Assembly: GCA_965219085.1 (NCBI GenBank)
Contig: OZ244720.1
Location: 2,400,001 to 2,464,000 of the forward strand
DNA from: Dehalococcoidia bacterium
GTDB lineage: Bacteria > Chloroflexota > Dehalococcoidia > UBA2979
Length of the DNA stretch: 64,000 bases
Direction: 5' to 3'
This document shows, piece after piece, positions 19,203 to 28,400 of the stretch. Made by a program: the position numbers and the translations under genes. Each line of letters starts with the position of its first letter. Position 1 is the first letter of the stretch. A model generated the notes under the pieces. The model made no database searches, was not told where the DNA came from, and worked only from the letters and a program-made list of their open reading frames with translations.

Positions 19203-20312
19203 GTGGCCCGTGAATCCCTCGGCGCACGCGTCGGCGAGGCGGTCGCTGCGCCGCCCGCGGCTCGCGCCGCGTGGCTCCCTCGAGTCGTCCCTCGCGCGCC
19301 CGGCCCAGCGTTCGCGGCCGCCGCGCTGCTCATCGTCGTCGCGCTGGTCGCGCTCACGCAGGGGGCGGCCGACATCCCGCCGGCGACCGTGCTCCGCATC
19401 CTGCTCGACCGCCTGCCGATGGTGAGCGTCGACGTCGCCGTGCCGGCCACGCAGGAGACGATCGTGCTCGACATCCGGCTGCCGAGGGTGATCGCGGCGG
19501 GCGCCGTCGGTGCGGCGCTCGCGTTGTCCGGGGCCTCGTACCAGGGGGTGTTCCGCAACCCGCTCGCCGGGCCGTTCCTGCTCGGCGTCGCCTCGGGCGC
19601 TGCGCTCGGGGCGGCGATCGCGATCATCTCGCCGCTGTCGACCGACGCCTACGGCTTTGGCTGGGTCCCCGTCTTCGCCTTCGCGGGCGCGCTCGCCACG
19701 GTCGTGCTCGTCTACCTGCTCGCGACGGGCGGAGGCGGTGTCGACGGCACGACGCTCATCCTCGCGGGGGTGGCGCTCTCTGCCGTGTTCGGCGCCGCGA
19801 CGGCGTTCATCCTGCTCACCGGCGGCGAGCAGGCGCGGCCGATCTTTTCGTTCCTCTTCGGCGGCTTCAACACCTCGAACTGGGAGCGCGTCGCGTGGGC
19901 GGCGCCCTACCTCGTGGTTGGCACGGTCATCGTCGCCATGCACGCGCGGGTGCTGAACGTGCTCCAACTCGACGAGGAACAGGCAGCGCAGCTCGGCGTC
20001 CCGGTGACGCGCACGAAGCTCATCGTGCTCGCGGCGGCCTCGCTGACCGCCGCGACAGCGGTCGCGATGGCTGGCGTGATCGGGTTCGTCGGGCTGATCG
20101 TGCCGCACGCCGTGCGGCTCGCGTTTGGCGGCGACCACCGGCGGCTGCTGCCGCTGGCCGCGCTGTTCGGCGCGTCGTTCCTCATCCTCGTCGACCTGCT
20201 GGCGAGGACCATGCTGTCGCCGCAGGAGGTGCCGGTTGGGGTGCTCACGGCGCTGCTCGGCGGGCCGTTCTTCCTCTGGCTGCTCCGCACGCGACGGGCA
20301 GTGGCCCTGTGA
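19203..20312 (+). CDS. btuC: Cobalamin ABC transporter permease (FecCD/BtuC)
   Basis: IRLPRVI, QGVFRNPLAGP..LGVASGA, GVIGFVGLIVPH; follows the B12 riboswitch. Confidence 0.88.
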   Translation: MARESLGARVGEAVAAPPAARAAWLPRVVPRAPGPAFAAAALLIVVALVALTQGAADIPPATVLRILLDRLPMVSVDVAVPATQETIVLDIRLPRVIAAGAVGAALALSGASYQGVFRNPLAGPFLLGVASGAALGAAIAIISPLSTDAYGFGWVPVFAFAGALATVVLVYLLATGGGGVDGTTLILAGVALSAVFGAATAFILLTGGEQARPIFSFLFGGFNTSNWERVAWAAPYLVVGTVIVAMHARVLNVLQLDEEQAAQLGVPVTRTKLIVLAAASLTAATAVAMAGVIGFVGLIVPHAVRLAFGGDHRRLLPLAALFGASFLILVDLLARTMLSPQEVPVGVLTALLGGPFFLWLLRTRRAVAL

Positions 20313-21151
20313 CCGCGCTGACGACACGCTCCCCCGCCGACGCGACGGCCGCCGCGGCACCCTCGACGGCCCCGCTCCTCGAAGCGTCCGGCATCCACGT
20401 CGAGCTGGGCGGGCAGGCGATCCTACGTGACGTCGAGGTCACCGTCCGACGCGGCGAGGTGGTCGGCCTCGTCGGCCCGAACGGAGCCGGCAAGAGCACG
20501 CTGCTCCGCGTCGTCACCGGCATGCTCCGGCCGTCGGCGGGCACGGTCGCGATCGAGGGGGACGCGCTCGGCGCGCTCTCGCGTCGCGATCTCGCGATGC
20601 GGGTGGCCGTCGTGCAACAGTTGCCCGAGGCGCCGGCGACGATGCGTGTGCGCGACCTCGTCGTGTTGGGGCGGCACCCGCACCTCGGGCTGCTCGCCCG
20701 GGAGTCGCGGCACGACTTCGAGATCGTGGCGGAAGCGATGCGACGCGCGGGCTGCGACCGCTTCGCCGACCGTGAGCTGGGATCGCTGTCCGGCGGGGAG
20801 CGGCGGCGCGCGTTCATCGCGCGCGCGCTCGCGCAGGAGGCGCCGCTGCTGCTGCTCGACGAGCCGACCTCGAACCTCGACGCGCACGCGCAGGTCGAGA
20901 TCCTCGAGTTGGTCGCGGAGCTGGCGGCGAGCGGGTCGGGCGTGCTGCTGATCGTCCACGACCTCACGCTGGCCGCCGCGTACTGCAACCGCGTCGTGCT
21001 GCTCGACCGCGGCGAGGTCGTCGCCGACGGCCCGCCGTCCGAAGTGGTCACGCCGGAGCACGTGCGGCGCGTCTACGGCGGCGGCGTGACGGTGCTGCGG
21101 CATCCCGCGTCGGGCGCGCCGCTGGTCATCCCCTCGCGCCTGGAGGTCTGA
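20309..21151 (+). CDS. btuD: Cobalamin ABC transporter ATPase
   Basis: GPNGAGKS, LSGGERRR, LLDEPT, HDL; GTGA overlap with the permease stop. Confidence 0.88.
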   Translation: MTALTTRSPADATAAAAPSTAPLLEASGIHVELGGQAILRDVEVTVRRGEVVGLVGPNGAGKSTLLRVVTGMLRPSAGTVAIEGDALGALSRRDLAMRVAVVQQLPEAPATMRVRDLVVLGRHPHLGLLARESRHDFEIVAEAMRRAGCDRFADRELGSLSGGERRRAFIARALAQEAPLLLLDEPTSNLDAHAQVEILELVAELAASGSGVLLIVHDLTLAAAYCNRVVLLDRGEVVADGPPSEVVTPEHVRRVYGGGVTVLRHPASGAPLVIPSRLEV

Positions 21152-21152
21152 G

Positions 21153-21746
21153 ATGACGCAGAAGTGGAGCGAGCCCTCGGACGAGGCCGTGACGAACGCC
21201 GAGGACGGCGAGGACGCCCTGTTCCGCAAGTCGCATCCGCTGGTGCTGCTCTACACGGGCGACGGCAAGGGCAAGACCTCCTCGGCGCTCGGCGTCACGA
21301 TGCGCGCGTGGGGGCGGGGCTGGAAGATCTGCTGGCTGCAGTTCATCAAGTCGAAGACCGCGAACTACGGCGAGACGCGCGCCGCCCGCCAGATGGGCAT
21401 CGAGATGATCCCGCTGGGCGACGGCTTCACATGGCTCTCGAAGGACATCAACAAGGACATCGCCCTCGCCCGCGAGTGCTGGGCGCTGGCGCGCGAGAAG
21501 ATCGAGTCGGCCGCGTACGACCTCGTCGTGCTCGACGAGATCACGTACCCCATCACGTACGGCTGGCTCGACGCCGACGAGGTGATCCCGGTGTTGCGTG
21601 ACCGGCCCGCCGACATGCACATCATCATGACCGGACGCAACGCCGCGCCCGAGCTGGTCGAGTTCGCCGACCTCGTGTCGGAGATGACCGAGGTGAAGCA
21701 CCCGTACCAGCAGGGCATCAAGGCGCAGCGCGGCATCGACTTCTGA
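21153..21746 (+). CDS. cobO: Cob(I)alamin adenosyltransferase (CobO/BtuR)
   Basis: YTGDGKGKTSSA, QFIK, VLDEI, TGRNA, KHPY...GIDF. Confidence 0.95.
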   Translation: MTQKWSEPSDEAVTNAEDGEDALFRKSHPLVLLYTGDGKGKTSSALGVTMRAWGRGWKICWLQFIKSKTANYGETRAARQMGIEMIPLGDGFTWLSKDINKDIALARECWALAREKIESAAYDLVVLDEITYPITYGWLDADEVIPVLRDRPADMHIIMTGRNAAPELVEFADLVSEMTEVKHPYQQGIKAQRGIDF

Positions 21747-21747
21747 G

Positions 21748-22676
21748 ATGCGGCGCGCGCTGACCCTCGCACTCGCCGTGGCCATCGACGGCGTCACCGG
21801 TGACCCGCCGACGCGGCTCCATCCCGTCGGCGCGCTGGGCACGCTCGCCCGGACCTTCGAGGCGTTCGCGCCGGACGGCGCTGCGGAGCGTCGCCGCTAC
21901 GGCCGAGGTGTGGCGGCTGCGATGCCCCTCATCGCGGCGCTCGCCGCGTGGCAGCTCTCCGCACGCCTCGGCGGCTCCGGGCCGCGTCGCGTCGTCGTCG
22001 ACGCGGTCGCGCTCTCGCTCGGCTTCGCGCTGCGCACGCTCCTCGGCCGTGCGGGGGGAACCCGAGGCCGCGGCTCCGCGACGGCGACCTCGACGGCGCG
22101 CGGACGCTGCTCGGCACACACCTCGTGAGCCGCGACGTGCGTGAGCTCGACGCGTCCGAGGTGGCTGCGGCGACGATCGAGTCGGTGGCGGAGAACCTCA
22201 GCGACGGGGTGATCGCGCCGTGGCTGTGGTACGCCGTCGGCGGCCTCCCCGCCGCGTGGGCGTACCGCGCCGCGAATACCCTCGACGCGATGTGGGGCTA
22301 CCGCGACGAGCGGTGGATCGACCTCGGCGCGGCCGCTGCCCGCACCGACGACGTGCTCAACCTCGCGCCCGCGCGCCTGACCGCGCTCGCGCTCTGCGCC
22401 GCCGCCGCGAGCCGCGGCGACGGGGCGCGCGCCGTGCGGCAGTGGCGCCTCGACGCCGGGCGCACGGCGAGCCCGAACGCCGGCCATTCGATGGCCGCGA
22501 TGGCCGGCGCGCTCGGCGTCCGGCTCGGCAAGCGCGGCGAGTACACCCTCGGCGCGAGTCTGCGCGAACCGACGCACCAGGACATCGGGCGGGCCTGCGT
22601 CCTCGCGACCGAGGCGGCGCTGATCGCCAGCGCAGCCCTCGGAGCCGTGCTCGTGGGCGTGGGGAGCCGATCGTGA
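21748..22676 (+). pseudogene. cbiB: Adenosylcobinamide-phosphate synthase CbiB, frameshifted
   Basis: [10 protein letters not shown] in one frame; [28 protein letters not shown] and SPNAG in another; frame change at about 22050-22075 in G/C runs (may be a sequencing error). Confidence 0.85.
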
Positions 22677-23662
22677 GCAGCGAGCAGCCGCGCGTCCTCG
22701 ACCTCACCTCGAACCTGCACCCGCACGGGCCGCACCCGGCGGTGGTCGAGGCGGCGCGGAGCGCTGCGCTCGACCGCTACCCGGAGCCCGAGCCCGCGGT
22801 GCTCCGCGGGGAGGTCGCGCTATCGATCGGGGTGTCGAGGGACCAGGTGCTGATCACCGCGGGCGCAACCGAGGTGATCCACCTCGCGCTGCGCGCCGTC
22901 CTCGGGCCCGGCGACGCCTGCACGGTCTTCACCCCTGCGTTCGGCGAGTACGAGTCGGCGGCCCTCGCAGGCGGCTTCCACGTCGAGCGCCACGAGGCGT
23001 TCCCGCCCGACTTCGCGCCGCCCAACGACCCGCCGCGCGCGCTGCTCACGGTCGTCGCGAACCCGAGCAGTCCGGCGGGCGTGTACCTCGAGGAAGCCAC
23101 GTTCCGGCGGGTGCTGCGCGTCGCGCGCGGCGTGCTGCTGATCGATGCGGTCTACGAGCCATTCGTCGAGGACGCGTGGGACGCGAACAAGCTGGTGCGC
23201 GACGGGCTGCCGGTGCTCGTCGTCCACTCGTTCACCAAGCTCCACGCGATCCCCGGCCTGCGCGTCGGCTACGTCGCCGGCCCCGCGCCGCTGATCGCGC
23301 GGCTGGCGGCGCTGCAGCCCACGTGGGCCGTGAGCGCGCCAGCCATCGAGGCCGCGCACGCCGCGCTGCCCCTCGATGCCGAGCGCCGCGAAGTGGCGCG
23401 CGAGGTGGCCGAAACGCGCGCGGCGATGCACGACTTCTTCGCGGCGCGCGGCATCACCGTGAGCCCTGCGCGGGCGAACTTCGTGCTCGCGCGCACCGGC
23501 GACGCGCACGAGATGCGCGCCGCCCTGCTGCAGCGCGGCGTCGAGGTCCGCGACTGCACCTCGTTCGGCCTGCCGGAGTGGGTGCGCATCGCGACGCCGC
23601 CCGCGGCCGAGCTGTCGCGCCTCCTCGACGCCCTCACGGCGGCGCTGGGCGAGCTCGCGTGA
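22673..23662 (+). CDS. cobD: L-threonine-O-3-phosphate decarboxylase (PLP class I/II, CobD/CobC-like)
   Basis: [44 protein letters not shown]; operon context. Confidence 0.8.
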   Translation: MSSEQPRVLDLTSNLHPHGPHPAVVEAARSAALDRYPEPEPAVLRGEVALSIGVSRDQVLITAGATEVIHLALRAVLGPGDACTVFTPAFGEYESAALAGGFHVERHEAFPPDFAPPNDPPRALLTVVANPSSPAGVYLEEATFRRVLRVARGVLLIDAVYEPFVEDAWDANKLVRDGLPVLVVHSFTKLHAIPGLRVGYVAGPAPLIARLAALQPTWAVSAPAIEAAHAALPLDAERREVAREVAETRAAMHDFFAARGITVSPARANFVLARTGDAHEMRAALLQRGVEVRDCTSFGLPEWVRIATPPAAELSRLLDALTAALGELA

Positions 23663-24902
23663 CGCACGAGGCGGGCCTCGCGCCGGTGCTGATGGTCGTC
23701 GGGACGGCGTCCTCGGTCGGCAAGTCGGTGGTCGTGGCGGCGCTGTGCCGCATCTTCCGGCAGGACGGCGTGCGCGTCGCGCCGTTCAAGGCGCAGAACA
23801 TGTCCAACAACGCCGCCGTCACCGCCGATGGCCTCGAGATCGGTCGCGTGCACGCCGAGCAGGCGGCGGCTGCCGGCCTCGAACCGCACGTCGACATGAA
23901 CCCGGTGCTCAAGCCGCAGGGCGACCGCACCTCGCAGCTCGTGCTGCGCGGCCGCCCCGCGGGGCTGCTGCACAGCCGCGACTTCGTCGACCGCAAGCGC
24001 GACCTCTGGCCCGACGCCGCCGAGGCCCTCGACCCGCTGCGCGCGCGCTTCGACCTCGTCGTCGCCGAGGGGGCGGGGAGCCCCGCCGAGTCGAACCTGC
24101 GCGCGGGCGACATCACCAACATGCGCGTCGCGACGCCACGGACGGGACCGGCGAGGCAGCCGAGGTTGACGTGGCGGTGGTGCGGCTGCCGCGGATCGCG
24201 AACTTCGACGACTTCGGTCCACTGGCGCGAGAGCCCGGCGTGCACGTTCGCTGGGTGCGGGACACCGCCGAGTTCGGCCGCCCCGACCTCGCCGTGCTGC
24301 CGGGCACGAAATCGACCGCTGCCGACCTCGAATGGCTGCGCGGGCAGGGCCTCGACGGGGCGATCGGGGCGCACGCTGCGGCCGGTGGCGCGGTGCTCGG
24401 CATCTGCGGCGGCTCCCAGATGCTCGGTGCGCGGCTCGTCGACGGGGAGGGCGTCGAGGCGGCGCCAGGCACGTCGATGCCCGGGCTCGGACTGCTGCCC
24501 GTCGAGACGCGCTTCGTCGCGACCAAGACGACACGGCAAGCATCAGGCGATGTGCGGGCGGCTGCCGGGCCGTGGGCCGGTGCGACGGGTCTGCCCGTGA
24601 CCGGGTACGAGATCCACATGGGCCAGCACGCCGGGGAAGGCGAGGCGCGCCCGCTGCTCAGCCTCGACGGCCGGCCGGACGGCGCCGTGTCACCCGACGG
24701 CCGCATCGCCGGCACGTACCTCCACGGGCTGCTGCACAACGACGGTGTGCGCGCCGCGCTGCTGCGCGCCCTCGGCCGTCGCGAGGGGGCCACCGAGGCC
24801 GTCGCGTTCGCCGAGCGGCGCGGGGCGGCGTTCGACCGGCTCGCAGCGGTCGTGCGGGAGCACCTCGACATAGCGTGCGTCGAGGCGCTGGCCGGAGGCT
24901 AG
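23659..24902 (+). pseudogene. cobQ: Cobyric acid synthase CobQ/CbiP with internal deletion and frameshift
   Basis: [27 protein letters not shown] then a frame change near 24132 straight into [27 protein letters not shown]; the middle of the synthetase domain is missing. Confidence 0.88.
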
Positions 24903-25046
24903 GTCGTGTTTACATTCGCCGGAGGAACACGGCCACAACCGGGTTATGGGTTCGTAGCCGAGATGGGTCTCGGCCCTTGTCCCCTCAATGCCACCGGCAT
25001 CCTGATTGGGATCCTGCTGACGGTGGTGCTCCGTCGCGGAGCGCTT

Positions 25047-25400
25047 CTACCCGAAGATCCTTGTCCACAGGTCCGGCAGTAGGTCGATGCGGGCTGCCCA
25101 CGATCCCGCTATGAGCCCGAAGACGAACCCGGTCAGGTGGTCTCCAAGGTCTCGACCGGGGGTATCACCGCGGCGAATGAACTCCACTGTCTGGCGGAGT
25201 CCAACCATCGCGGACAGTCCCGCGAATGGGATGACGAGCACGGCCTCTCCGGTCGCAAGGGGAGCCACGATCATCCCGAAGGCCGCGACGAATCCCGTCC
25301 CGCCGTGCAGTAGGTAGGCCCACCACCACTCCCTGAGACTTCGACCCGGTAGGTCGGTCGAAGTCCCGAACGTGAGAACTACTCGCTGCTCATCGGACAT
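25047..25400 (-). CDS. Hypothetical small membrane protein
   Basis: Three hydrophobic segments, AAAGGGGA RBS, atypical composition. Confidence 0.6.
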   Translation of the reverse strand: MSDEQRVVLTFGTSTDLPGRSLREWWWAYLLHGGTGFVAAFGMIVAPLATGEAVLVIPFAGLSAMVGLRQTVEFIRRGDTPGRDLGDHLTGFVFGLIAGSWAARIDLLPDLWTRIFG

Positions 25401-25780
25401 GCGTCTATCCCCTTTATCAGCACCAGCTGTCAGCGTAGCACAAGTGTCCGGAAGCTTCTGGTGCCGGGGGTTGTGTTGAACCCCCGACCTGTGCCCGCCT
25501 ATGTTCCATCCAGTCACAGATGGGAAGGCATGCGAGGCACAGGTAGAGGGCCGTGGGATGATCTAGTACAACTCGCCCGCAGTGTCTCGGCTACCGCCCG
25601 GGAGGGCCGCTACGACCGCCCTGCCACCCACCACGGAGTTCTCGCTCGCGCTGGGTGAGTCACTACCTGAGGGAGTGGAACGCGTCGCGGCGATGCACGA
25701 GGGACTAGGCGTCCTTGTCCTGCGCTCCCGGTCGGGGAGTTGCTCAGGCTGACGTCCCGAGGTCAGGCACGTCGAGGCCG

Positions 25781-28309
25781 TTACGGGATGTCCGGGTCGT
25801 ACTCCGTGCCGATGTGGCCGCGCTCCTCGAAGCCCCGGTACTCGGCGTCCGAGTAGCCCATGACTTCCTTGTAGACGTACTCGTTGTCCTGTCCGAGGTG
25901 CGGCGCGTGCCGCGTGACGCGCTGCGGCGACTTGCTCGCCTGCCACGCGCGCCCGACCTGGCGCTGGATGCCGGTCTCCGAGTTCTCGATGGTCTGGAAG
26001 AAGTCGCGCGCCGAGTGCTGGCGGTCGGCGTACGCATCGGCCTCGGTCATCACCACGCCCGCCGGAATCCCGACGCCCTGCAGGCGGTGCATGATCCAGT
26101 ACGGGTCGAGGGGTCGCGTCCACGCCGCGATGATCGCGTCGAGCTCCGCGCGGTTGGCGTGGCGGTCCGCCATCGTCGCGAAGCGCGGGTCGTCGGCGAG
26201 CTCCGGCATGCGCATCGAGTCGCACAGCGCGCGCCACTCACGCTCGTCGCGGACGGCGATGGTGACCCAGCGGTCCTCGCCGTGGACCGGGTAGACGTTG
26301 TGCGGGGCGAGGAAGAAGTGGCTGTTCGCCATGTACTCCCACTGCCGGCCGTTCATCGAGTAGTCCATGATGAACTCGCCGATGTAGCCGACGAAGTTCT
26401 CGGCGGTGGCGAGTTCGATCATCAGCCCCTTGCCCGTCTGCTCGCGGTAGCGCAGCCCGTTCATGAACGCGAACGCGGAGCCGACGCCCGAGGCGGCATC
26501 GGACGGCACGCCGCTCGGCGCGCGCTCGATGCTGTAGCCGGGGTAGGCGCGAATCACGGGGTGCCCGCAGAGCGCCTCCATGTGGTTGCCGAAGGTGCGG
26601 TAGCGCTGGTACGGACCCGTGATGCCGAAGCCCGGCGCGCGCACCATGATGATCCGCGGGTTCACGCTCGATAGGCGCTCCCACGTGATGTTGTTGCGCG
26701 CGACGTTCGGGGGCAGGTTGTTCTCGATCAGCCCGTCGGAGACCGCGATCAGGCGGTCGAGGATCTCCTGGCCCTCGGGTGAGGCGTAGTCGAAGGTGAC
26801 CGACTTCTTGTTGCGGGCGTGGTGGGTGAAGCCGCCCCAGCGGTTCCATGGCCGCTCGCCCGGCTCGTTGTTGGGGTAGGTAATGTTGGTCGCGCTCATG
26901 GCCTGCACCATCTCCAGCGGCGGCCGCACGAGGAACCCTCGGGACGTCGAGGGCGCGAACTGGGTCGACTCGACGCGGATCACCTCGGCGCCCCACTCGG
27001 CGAGGTGCATCGTCGAGTACGGACCCGCCCACACCACCGTGAAGTCGATGACGCGCAGGCCCTCGAGGGGCAGCCGCCCGGTGGTCGGCGTGAGCGTCGG
27101 CGTGGGCTCCGAGTTCGAGCGGACGACCGGCGCACGTCGGGCAGGCGCCGCGTCGAGCACCTCCTGCGTGTGCGCGCCGAGGAGCGGGGCGTGCCGCCGC
27201 TCCGGCATCGGGCCTTCTTCGCGGTGCAGCGTGAAGTGGTAGCCGGGGTAGGTGAGCGGGCCGGTCTCCGGGTGGTCGATGGTGTGGAAGAACTCCCGCT
27301 CGACGAAGCTCGGATCCTTGAGCAGGTCCTCGATCGTGTTGATGGGGCCGGCGAGGACCCCGAAGTCCTCGCACGCCTGGCGCAGCTCCGCCTTGGTGCG
27401 CTCCAGCGTCCACGGCAGGAGGTGGACGGTGAACTCCTCGACGCGCTCGGGCGCGGAGCGCGCGGCGACGGTGGACCAGTCAGGGTGCTCGAGGAGGTCC
27501 TCGCGGCCGATCATGCGCATCACGCCGGGCAGGCGTGAGGGGCCCGAGCTGATGATGAAGAACCCGTCGACGCACGGGAACACGCCGGAGCCCACCTGCG
27601 AGACCACGCCCGCCCGTCCGGCGATGTGCCCCGTGTACTGGTGCCCCATGAGCTGCGCGAGCCGCGCGTCAATCGAGTGCGTCGCCGTCTCGAAGAGCGC
27701 GAGGTCGACGTGCTCGCCCTCGCCGCGCTCCTTCGAGCCGTGCAGCGCGACCATCGTCGCGAGCGCGCCGACGAAGCCGCCGTGGTAGCCGGTCATGCGG
27801 CCAGCGGTCTTCACCGGCTCCAGCTCGGCGTCCCCGGCAGTCTGGAGGTTGCCGCCCATGCCGAAGATCGTGAGGTCCGTCGCCTCGTAGTCGCGGTACG
27901 GGCCGTCCTGCCCGAAGTTCGTCAGTGAGGTCAGCACCACCATCGGGTTGACCTCGCTCAGCACGTCGTAGCCGATGCCGAGCCGTTCGAGGGTGCCCGG
28001 CTTAAAGTTCTCGATGACCGAGTCGGCGTCCTGCACGAGCCGCAGCAGGTCCTCGCGGCCCCCGTCGGTCTTGAGGTCGAGCACGACGCTGCGCTTGTTG
28101 GTGTTGAGGAACAGGAACAGGCCGGACCGCTCCGGGCCGGGCTCGTCCTGGTAGAACGGCGGGATGTGGCGTGACGGGTCGCCGTCCGGCGGCTCGATCT
28201 TGACCACGTCGGCGCCGTAGTCGCCGAGCAGCCGCGTGCAGAACGGTCCGACCGTTCCCCGCGTCAGGTCAATCACGCGCATCCCGTCGAGCGGCATCGT
28301 TCCGGTCAT
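25781..28309 (-). CDS. Tandem-fused family III CoA-transferase (two CaiB/BaiF domains)
   Basis: Domain 1 GPFCTRLLGDYGADVVKIE/LNTNKRS; domain 2 AGPYSTMHLAEWGAEVIRVE/ARNKKS. Confidence 0.92.
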   Translation of the reverse strand: MTGTMPLDGMRVIDLTRGTVGPFCTRLLGDYGADVVKIEPPDGDPSRHIPPFYQDEPGPERSGLFLFLNTNKRSVVLDLKTDGGREDLLRLVQDADSVIENFKPGTLERLGIGYDVLSEVNPMVVLTSLTNFGQDGPYRDYEATDLTIFGMGGNLQTAGDAELEPVKTAGRMTGYHGGFVGALATMVALHGSKERGEGEHVDLALFETATHSIDARLAQLMGHQYTGHIAGRAGVVSQVGSGVFPCVDGFFIISSGPSRLPGVMRMIGREDLLEHPDWSTVAARSAPERVEEFTVHLLPWTLERTKAELRQACEDFGVLAGPINTIEDLLKDPSFVEREFFHTIDHPETGPLTYPGYHFTLHREEGPMPERRHAPLLGAHTQEVLDAAPARRAPVVRSNSEPTPTLTPTTGRLPLEGLRVIDFTVVWAGPYSTMHLAEWGAEVIRVESTQFAPSTSRGFLVRPPLEMVQAMSATNITYPNNEPGERPWNRWGGFTHHARNKKSVTFDYASPEGQEILDRLIAVSDGLIENNLPPNVARNNITWERLSSVNPRIIMVRAPGFGITGPYQRYRTFGNHMEALCGHPVIRAYPGYSIERAPSGVPSDAASGVGSAFAFMNGLRYREQTGKGLMIELATAENFVGYIGEFIMDYSMNGRQWEYMANSHFFLAPHNVYPVHGEDRWVTIAVRDEREWRALCDSMRMPELADDPRFATMADRHANRAELDAIIAAWTRPLDPYWIMHRLQGVGIPAGVVMTEADAYADRQHSARDFFQTIENSETGIQRQVGRAWQASKSPQRVTRHAPHLGQDNEYVYKEVMGYSDAEYRGFEERGHIGTEYDPDIP

Positions 28310-28400
28310 CGCTGTACCTCGTCCTGTGTTCGCGCCCCGCACTGCCGTGCGGCGCGATGATACAGGCGAAGCCACCGCGCGCGGCGCGTAGAATCGGTTG

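Noticed and set aside
25459-25490. tRNA or tmRNA gene call
   Set aside because: T-loop too long, acceptor arm too short, no D or anticodon arm; kept only as an unexplained structured element
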